Source: a virus
Taxonomy: Duplodnaviria; Caudoviricetes
Strand: one strand, 5' to 3'
Length of the DNA stretch: 24,544 nucleotides
IMG/VR virus record: IMGVR_UViG_3300046002_006445
Location: 1-24,544 of that record
This document shows positions 1 to 8,100 of this stretch, one piece after another (position 1 is the first letter of the stretch; the number at the start of each line of letters is the position of its first letter). Under the pieces are notes generated by a model. The model was given only the letters and a program-made list of their open reading frames with translations, was not told the DNA's origin and did not search any database. A program made the position numbers and the translations under genes.

Positions 1-41
1 AAGCAGTAATCAATGAGCTGTTGTCTACTTGCTGGTTTCAT
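1..41 (-). CDS. gp13: Neck protein gp13, N-terminal fragment (continues beyond the left edge)
   Basis: Manual translation from ATG at 41-39 gives MKPASRQQLIDYC(L/F). This matches the recalled N-terminus of gp13 in T4-like cyanophages (M..P.SRQ.LIDYCLR.LG.PV.EIN). The ATG overlaps the upstream TGA (ATGA), and the position after the baseplate genes fits T4-like synteny. Not in the ORF track. Confidence 0.8.
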   Translation of the reverse strand, partial: MKPASRQQLIDYC

Positions 42-220
42 TGTTCTCGTATGCTCTTGTTTATTTCTTCTTGCAATTCATTTTTAGTTTGAACTAATTC
101 ATTATAATCATTTAATAGACTTTGGTATTTTGCCTCCAATACAACATTGTCACGATATAATGCAGTTACTCGTTCAGAAAATGTTTTCACCAAAACATTA
201 ATATCGACTTCAGGATTCAT
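38..220 (-). CDS. Small coiled-coil hypothetical protein (~60 aa; MNPEVDINVLVKTFSERV...)
   Basis: The ORF track gives 38..238, but the ATG at 220-218 is the better start. It lies 1 nt after the upstream stop and 9 nt after GGAGGTG (230-236). The sequence has a heptad-like helical pattern (LEAKYQSLLNDYNELVQTKNELQEEI). Confidence 0.75.
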   Translation of the reverse strand: MNPEVDINVLVKTFSERVTALYRDNVVLEAKYQSLLNDYNELVQTKNELQEEINKSIREQ

Positions 221-221
221 T

Positions 222-1385
222 TCAATATTCACCTCCATCTATAGTGCTAGTCCACACAGGAACATTTGTTCCTGGTTGTGTTGTAAGTATATAGTTAGAA
301 GTTGATATCCCACTGCCAGGGGCTGATGTAGAATTCATCAATCCAGTATTATCAAAGTATACAACACCATTTGTGCTTGTGTCTGCTAGCTGATAGTAGA
401 TACCTTTAATGTCAAGATATCCTTTTGTGCCACTAACGTATCCGCGAATACCTGTTGCAGTTGCAACACCAATGGTTGCGTCTGGGACAAATGTAAATCT
501 TTGATTGTAATCTTGGAAACCAAAGAATCCTGTTTTATTTGCGGTTGTTCCTAAACCAACACCATTATCATTGTAAGTAAATGAAATACCTCTATTAGTT
601 TGTGTATCCCATCCAAAAACTACAGTAACTTGAGATGCAGATGAAATACCAGCAGTTGTTACACCAGCAATAGTTACTGATTTTGAGCCAGCATTGTACG
701 AAACAATTGTTCTATTTGCTTCTGTTGCTGGAAGTCCAGCAAGATTTCTTAGAACATCACCTGTATTAATTCCTGTTACAGAATCTAATGTAATTGTAGA
801 TACACCAGCAGAAATTGCTCCAATTACAGTTCTTACTGAAGATGGATCTGATAATGCTAAAATAGATTCTTCTACTGTAATTGTGGAAGAATTAATATTA
901 GTTGTTTGTCCATCAACTTGTAAGTTACCTTTAATTACGACTGTTCCATCACTACTCAATCCATCTGGATATGGATCAATATAAAGAACATTTCCTGATC
1001 CTGGTCTAGTGCTAATTATATTTGATGTAATTCCAATAGAACCAATTGTGACACCATTTTCAAAAGCACCACCAGCAGTAGAAATGAAGTTACCAGATAA
1101 TGTTAAATTGCCAGCAATATTTAATGATGCAATTTGATTATTAGCATCAGTTATAATCGCTTTTCCAGCGGTTACAATGCCAGGCTGTTGATCTAAAAGT
1201 TCGGCAAAATATCTACCCCCAACTACAACTGGATTTTGCGCTCCATCGCCAATCCAAAGTCTTCCTCCATTATTATTATATGCACCACCAGTTCCGATAG
1301 AAACTGCAATTTCACCATATCTTAATGATGGTAAAGATGATATTCCACTACTTCTTTTGAGTAATATCGTTGCTCCTATAGCCAT
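222..1385 (-). CDS. Putative tail fibre / fibre-like virion protein (387 aa) with Mtd_N-like N-terminal domain
   Basis: The N-terminus ILLKRS...LRYGEIAV...RLWIGDG resembles the recalled Mtd_N / hyaluronidase-N fibre anchor pattern. The internal VIKGNLQVDGQTTNINSSTITVEE segment is typical of trimeric beta-strand fibres. The protein is G/T/S/N-rich, ends in IDGGEY, and sits in a structural operon. Confidence 0.7.
   Translation of the reverse strand: MAIGATILLKRSSGISSLPSLRYGEIAVSIGTGGAYNNNGGRLWIGDGAQNPVVVGGRYFAELLDQQPGIVTAGKAIITDANNQIASLNIAGNLTLSGNFISTAGGAFENGVTIGSIGITSNIISTRPGSGNVLYIDPYPDGLSSDGTVVIKGNLQVDGQTTNINSSTITVEESILALSDPSSVRTVIGAISAGVSTITLDSVTGINTGDVLRNLAGLPATEANRTIVSYNAGSKSVTIAGVTTAGISSASQVTVVFGWDTQTNRGISFTYNDNGVGLGTTANKTGFFGFQDYNQRFTFVPDATIGVATATGIRGYVSGTKGYLDIKGIYYQLADTSTNGVVYFDNTGLMNSTSAPGSGISTSNYILTTQPGTNVPVWTSTIDGGEY
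230..236 (-). promoter_or_regulatory. Shine-Dalgarno sequence GGAGGTG for the ~60-aa gene
   Basis: Plus-strand cacctcc at 230-236, 9 nt upstream of the ATG at 220. It is encoded within the terminal G-G-E codons of the 387-aa gene. Confidence 0.65.
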
Positions 1386-1594
1386 CAGAATTCACCCCCA
1401 TCGACAAGAATGTTTTGTCCTAAAATCCCAACAGCTTCCCACTTTCCAGTTGATGAATTATATTGAAGAACGTCACCATTTGTTAAATTGGTTACGTCAA
1501 CATTTAGCAGGGAGTTTATAGTATTAGCTCCTCTTAAATTTGTGGTGACTTTAATCCTGTTTTGATCTGATATCCTGGTATTAAATTCCGTCAT
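1385..1594 (-). CDS. Small virion-associated hypothetical protein (69 aa)
   Basis: Contains VDVTNLTNGDVLQYNSSTGKW, a motif I recognise from phage fibre proteins (DV....NG.VL.YN....KW), and ends in VDGGEF. Coupled to both neighbours (ATGA at 1591-1594; TGATG at 1383-1387). Confidence 0.7.
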   Translation of the reverse strand: MTEFNTRISDQNRIKVTTNLRGANTINSLLNVDVTNLTNGDVLQYNSSTGKWEAVGILGQNILVDGGEF

Positions 1595-1932
1595 GAGGTT
1601 GAAACTCCTGCAGTAACTGTTACTGTTCCCTCAACAACTCTAGTTTTTAAACCTGTTGCAGTTTCTGTAAGCAAAACATCATACAAATATCTACCTTCTT
1701 TCAAAGATGAAGATGCGGTAGAACCAATAGATACTTTTATTTCACCATAATCAGGATTTGGGATAGTCACCGTCATTGGGTACTTTGTAGTACTTGATGG
1801 GTGTTTTTTAATGTGAGACACGCCTGTATAACCATTCAAATCAATAGGAAGATCATTATACTCTTCCAACATGAAAGATGTTGTAAAATCTGTTCCTTGA
1901 GGTATGACTAAATTAACAACTCTTACAGACAT
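1591..1932 (-). CDS. Small beta-sandwich virion structural protein (113 aa), possible fibre adaptor/collar (T5 p132/LtfC- or BppU-N-like)
   Basis: The pattern NLVIPQGTDF...IDLNGYTG...GEIKVS...LKEGRYLYDV...RVVEGTVTV matches a widespread all-beta phage structural family. It is the first gene after a perfect late promoter. The fold assignment is from memory. Confidence 0.65.
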   Translation of the reverse strand: MSVRVVNLVIPQGTDFTTSFMLEEYNDLPIDLNGYTGVSHIKKHPSSTTKYPMTVTIPNPDYGEIKVSIGSTASSSLKEGRYLYDVLLTETATGLKTRVVEGTVTVTAGVSTS

Positions 1933-1959
1933 GCTTACATGCTAATATAATGTTTTAAA

Positions 1960-1967
1960 TATTTATA
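1960..1967 (-). promoter_or_regulatory. T4-type late (gp55-dependent) promoter TATAAATA
   Basis: Plus-strand tatttata at 1960-1967 reads TATAAATA on the minus strand, the exact T4 late consensus. It lies 27 nt upstream of the ATG at 1932 and overlaps the TAA stop of the 73-aa gene. Confidence 0.85.
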
Positions 1968-2184
1968 ACTTAGCCACTAATTGAGCTAGCAAAGTTTTCA
2001 CTTCTGCCAGTTCAGATTTAATAGATTCAATTTCATTTCTTTCTTTAATTTTTTGATCACGCAATGAAATGTAATTATCAAAAGATGATTTATCAGAATT
2101 AACAATAGCTTTTGAGAAACTATCTCTTTTTAAAGAGCTATTACCCTCTACGGGTATTAGATCTCTATCATAATCGTTGTTCAT
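1963..2184 (-). CDS. Conserved phage hypothetical protein (73 aa) with C-terminal coiled coil
   Basis: PVEGNSSLKRD..SKAIVNSD followed by heptads (IESIKSELAEVKTLLAQL). It resembles the small gene I recall directly downstream of vrlC in T4-like aquatic phages. Starts 1 nt after the vrlC-like stop. Confidence 0.75.
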   Translation of the reverse strand: MNNDYDRDLIPVEGNSSLKRDSFSKAIVNSDKSSFDNYISLRDQKIKERNEIESIKSELAEVKTLLAQLVAKL

Positions 2185-2185
2185 G

Positions 2186-5100
2186 TTATGCTAATGCAAT
2201 TGCTCTAAATTCTTTGATCTTAGGTACAAAGGCTTGATTAGTGCCAGTCATTACCACCTTAATTGTAAATCCAGTAAATTCTGGTAAATTGTTAACAGTA
2301 AATTTATAATCACGATATTCATTATTATTACTTGATGCGATGTTGGTGTCAGGTGTTCCATCACCAAGATTTGTATATCCTGGGAAAAGAACGTATGGTT
2401 GATCTACATCAGGGGAATCATTTCTATAAAGTTTGTATAGAACACGAATATCATTACTTTCATCTCTAAATGCTGCAAATCTTACATCAAGAGACGTTGC
2501 AGGATTTTCTAAATTAACTCTTTTAGTTACATAAGTAGCTGCACTTGGATCAGTTAAATCTGAATTAACTCTATTATCTCCAACAAAATCAGTAATTGAA
2601 TTGTCAATTCTGTTTGTTGTTGTAATTACATTAATTCTATCTAAATCGATTACAGGTGATACATTTCTATTTTGAGTGCTTAAAGTCATTTCCATAGTAA
2701 ATGACTTATTACCAGGGAGAGATGAAAGTTTATCAAGTTCATTAACTTCAGAACAAATAATTCTAGGAGTAGTAAATTGATTTACTGCATTTAAATTAAT
2801 TGGTTCATAACCATTGTCTTGGAATGAAATTTCAGTTCCATCAACACTAGTAGCACTGACTGTTCTTACTCTTGTTGCAATTTGAGTTGTAGAAGGAATC
2901 ATAATCTGAACATTAGGAGTAAGAGTTTCAAACTGAATATTTTGAGTTGCTCTTACATTTCTACCACCAGCTTGCTCAGTGTCACTAAATGCAAGAATTG
3001 GTAAACCGTTTGAGCCATCTCTAGCAGTTCCCAATCCAGTTGATGTTGTATTGATTTTAACATAATAAGAATCTAATTCAATATCATTCGATACATCAAC
3101 ATCAGCAAAATTATGAGTTGTATTAACTCTTCTCAATGAGACACCAGCAAGTTCATACTTCATAACTGGTGAGTTAACTGTATGTGTTTGAGCAACTGTG
3201 TTATCAATGGCTCTAGAAATACCAGTTAAAGTTTGAGGAGATGTTGATGCGTTAGTACCAGTGTAACTGATAACTTCATTGTTAATTAAAATATAACCTG
3301 GATTTGTGCTTGAAACCCCAACATTTTCAAAGCTTGTAAATATACCTACGTTGGTTACTGGAAGACCAGTTGTTGTTGTGTTAGTATATTCTTGTGCTAA
3401 ACGAACAGGAATAATATCAGAAATAGCTCCAGAAATAATTACTTTATTGTTTCTTCCATGCATACCATGATTTCTATGAGAAATCTTCATATACAATCCA
3501 GTCTTGTCAGAAGCATTAGTGACTGTTGTAGGAACTGCTGGCAGAGTAGATGCTATACCAACGTTTGGCCCACTACCAACAAGCCAAGCAACTTGATTAA
3601 CAGTGTCAAAATTGCCCTGAACATTAGTAATTGTAAGTTGATTTAAAGCAGAAACAATTCCAACATTAAATCTTATATTTTCACTAACTGCACCAATTCT
3701 AGCTGTTAACACATCTCCAACTGCATATCCTCTACCACCACTGGTTACAGTAATAACACCAATGTTACCACTATTGATTGAAATTGACATTTGAGCACCA
3801 GTTCCAACTCCACTGATAGAAGATAGATTTACTCCAGTGTAAGTAAAGTTTCCTGCCGATGGTGTCAGTCCACTACCAACATTATTGACTTGTAATGCTT
3901 GCGTATTATTAATTGCAATTGCACCAGTGGCAGACTTTAATTTACCTGTGGTGTTTGTATTATTAAGTTGAGTAATTGTAACTCCAGGTGTTAAGAAAGT
4001 GCTTGGGACAGTTGATCCAAGACCTACAACAACTTCTTTAGAAATTGTTTGAACTGGCTGAGGTCTTAGAATTGGAACTTGACGATTACCAATTCCAAGT
4101 TTGGGGTTGTATAGTTTAAAGATTCCAGGATCAGTTACAAACTGTGCCTTATAAAGAACAAACTTAAGATCCTCTAGCTGACTTGCATCCCACGTAGAGC
4201 CATTTTGTGACTTAAATAGTGATCCTAAGTATGGTTGTTGAGAAACAATTACTCTTTGATTTTCAGAAAGATTTGTTGTAGTGATATCAACTTCACCCAT
4301 TCTTGAAATCCAAACAGTATAGTTGTTTGAATCGGAAAGGAGAACAATCGCATATTCTCTACCATTGCCTTCAAGATAAACAGGAGATGGGAAAGTAAAT
4401 TTAGTAGGAACAGTTCCGTCTGTAGATGTTGTAACTTGAGTTGATTCTAATGTTACTTGGCTAAACGCAATAATAGTTGAGGTTGGTTGACCAGTTTGCG
4501 TAGTTCTAATTTGACACGTTACTGGAATATTATCATCTTTAGTTGCAAAATAAACATCCAATGATGTCATGAATACACCACCATCATCTGTAACCAAGAA
4601 TGTTTCAGCTAAAGGATCATACCAGTTTTGGTTTGTAACTGTTCTGGTTTGAGCAGATGTTGATCTTGATAAAGTAGATACTGTTTCAGAAACAGTTGTA
4701 GTATCTGAAACTTGCGTTCTTTGAATGTCTGCATTTCTTGTTGAAATGACAGTTTCCTGGGTGGTATTCAATTCACCAGACGAAGTGAATACAACTTCTG
4801 CTTGGCTATTGTATGATCCTGGAATTGGATTGTTAGTCTCATTCGCAGTCAGTAATAAAGTTTTTCTTCCCGTTTCAAATTCGGGTTCTGTTGGACTTGC
4901 TGGATCTGGAATAAACAGTGATGCAATTAGAGTTCCGTTTCTATCAGAGATTAATCTTAAATCTCTTACAGAAGCTTGTGCTCCGCTAGTTTGACCAATA
5001 AGAACCATTCTTGGTACAATTTGACCGTAGAAATTACTTTCTGATTGAGCACCCAAGCTGAAAGTATCAATATTTAAAATAGTGGAAGTTGCAGAATAAT

Positions 5101-8100
5101 CTGCAGCTAAAGTTAAAGTATCTTCGTATGGATTAACATCAAATACTTGAGTTGGGCTATCATAAGGACCATACTTATGATTTGATTTTGCAACTCTAAA
5201 TCTAATTAAAGTATTTTGTGTATTTCTAACGGTTGATCCTGGAACATAACCAACAACAGTTTCACCAACTCTAAATGTTCCACTTGTCATTGTTATTTCT
5301 AACAATTTAGGAACACAATAAGAAGTCATTGGAACATTGTCAAAGAATGCATAGAACTGTGTTCTAGGTCTCATTCTTCTTGCAACAAATTCAATGTTTC
5401 TAGATCTTAAGAATGGTATAATATCTCTGCTTACAACAGAAGATCCTAAAGATCTACGATCAACTCTAGGAGAGACTTGGAATTGAACACCTTGTCTAGT
5501 TAATCTAGTATCTGTTCTTGTAGTAATTAAATTAGTATTAACAGTAGTGTCAACTAATGTTTGTGTTCTTCTTTGCTCTAAGAAGGGCCAGTTACCTCTT
5601 CTAGCACCAGTATTAACCCAACCACTATCACCAGTTTGCTCAGTGTTTGTTTCTGATCTTACAACCTCGTTTCCAACTACAGTTTGACCCGACCATACTT
5701 CCTGCCAAGAACCCCAATCAACGGGAGAAATGCCTGTGTTAGGATCTGCTTGCAAAGCCCCTAATAACGCATTATAGCTACCCTCTTCATCAACATTCCT
5801 TGCGGATAATCTATTTTCAGCAATCCAGGTATCAGATGCAGGAGCAAGTTCAATATTACCAATCCAAGTTGAAACTGCAAATGGATTGATGTTTTCTGTT
5901 CTAGTTGCAAATCTTTGCTGAGCAGCAACAGTTTCGGTATAGTTAAGAGTAATTAAAGAACCAGTTCTCTTAATATTTGGTGATTGTAAGTCTGTAACAA
6001 ATCTAGAGTCTACATTTTGATTTGCCGTGGAACCAATTCCAACAAGAGATTGAGATCCAATTAATAAATCTAAAGATGTTGTATAGTGAGCTGGTCTTAA
6101 CTCACCATTTAAAGAATCAATACTAGAATTGCCACTTAATAAGTGTCCAACGTGACTCTTAAAATTATCTACAAAGAAACCAGATTTAAATCTATCTAAT
6201 CCAGTAGCTGAATCTTTAATGCTTAAATTGAAAGTTTCACTTTCTAATAATGATAGTGATGTATAGGTTTCTACATTTGATAATCTATTTTCAAGTTTAG
6301 TAATATCCGCCATTGTGTAACGCTTATGGCGAATAGGTGTTACAGAAATATCTTGCTTAACGTTATAAACATAGGGTCTTAATCTGATAGTAGCAATATC
6401 TAAAGAAGATGATAAATCAATTGGTGCAACTGGATTTAAAGATGGCTCACCTTTTCTTAGTTCAAAGAATCCCTCTTTTGTTAATAGTAACTTATCAATT
6501 CTTGGTAAGTAATAAGAATAACCAAATACTATTTGACTATCAGGATAAATTGGACTATTAGAATAAGTTCCAGAGGAGGCAAAATTTCTCTTGTTAAATT
6601 CAAAAGGAGATAATGTGTCTGTTGCTGGATCATAATTTACAACTCTAGGTCTGATATCAATTGCATCAGTGGATCTTAAAGATTGTAAAGATGGAATATC
6701 TCTAGTGTATAAATCAGATGAATAGCTAGAGAATGAAACAAAATCACCATTATCGCCCGCAGGTATGCTATAATGATCAAATACTACAGTAATAGATTTT
6801 GTTGGTGTTTGTGCAGATGGCTTTCTAATAATTTTACCATAATCTAAAAATTCAAGTCTTTGACCATTATCTAAAGTAAAGTTTTCGGTAATATTATTGT
6901 CACCATCGGTTACGTTTGAGATCGTAGCTGTAATACCAGATCTTTTTAATGTTACAGATTCATCAATTCTAAAAGATTTTTCAGTGATATAAACAAAGTT
7001 GATAGTTGATGCTGTAGTAGAAACAACTCTAGCTGCTGCCTTACTTTCATCACCAATAATTACATCACCAACAATTGCATTTAATAAGGAACCTGAAATT
7101 TCTACTAAAGTTAAAGATGGTAAAGTAGGAGTTGATGTATCATCTGATTCAAAAATAGCATGAACACGTAAAACATCAGGAACGTTGAGTGAAATTTCTG
7201 GATCTTGAACTCTAGTTCCATAAATTGCATTAAAAGTTAATCCATCATTTAATGATGAAGTTCCAAGACCAGATGCAGAATTTGATGATCTGCTAATTAT
7301 AATAGTAGAACAACGATTTAAGATTTTTTGTTTTGATGAAGCGTTAATCTTAGATAAAGTAGCAACTAACTTGGCACTAGAATCTGTAGCTACAGATAAT
7401 TGATTTAATGTAATAGTTTTGTTACCGTTTGAAAATATTACTTGTCCACTTCTCAGAGGCTCTACTGCTCCTGTAGAATAGGTTAATACATAATCTTCAA
7501 CATCAAATTCTGAAAAGAATAGATTTACATCAGATTCAGTGGTGGATGCTTGACTTCCAGAAACAGATAAAGTATATGTCTTTTTAACCTTAAGTTCTGA
7601 CGTTACAAGGTTTAAATTACTAATATCAGTATTTGGTAGTGGTGTAACTAAAGTTGATTTTGAACCATTGATTAAAGATGGTTTAATAATTACCAAATCA
7701 TTTGCTGTAATTGTTGAACCTGGAAGAGTTCCATCACAAACATTGGTAACACTTGTAATTCCAGCAACAGTAAATGAATTTGCTGCTGGGCTAACTGCAG
7801 TAACTCTATTAAATGTTGGATATGTATTGCCTGTTTTTGTATATCTGATAATATCGCCAGTTTTAATTCCAACTGAAACTGCAGATGTTACTCCAATTGT
7901 AACTGCACCTGCACTAGTAATTGTAAATTGAGTTCCTTGACGTGAAATCGATTGAACGTTATTTAATTCTAAATCTGCAGTGAATGTATTAATTCCAACT
8001 CTAGAAAATACTGATTTTACATCACTAAAATCATAATCACGAACAGATACTACAGTTGGAGCAGAAGTAATGCCGTTTACTGATATAGTTTCACCTTGAA

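Noticed and set aside
221-238. Upstream ATG at 238 for the 66-aa ORF
   Set aside because: It overlaps the previous gene by 17 nt. The ATG at 220 has an ideally spaced GGAGGTG.
222-1385. Diversity-generating retroelement target, suggested by the Mtd_N-like N-terminus
   Set aside because: No reverse transcriptase, no visible template/variable repeat pair and no C-type-lectin-like C-terminal domain in the window.
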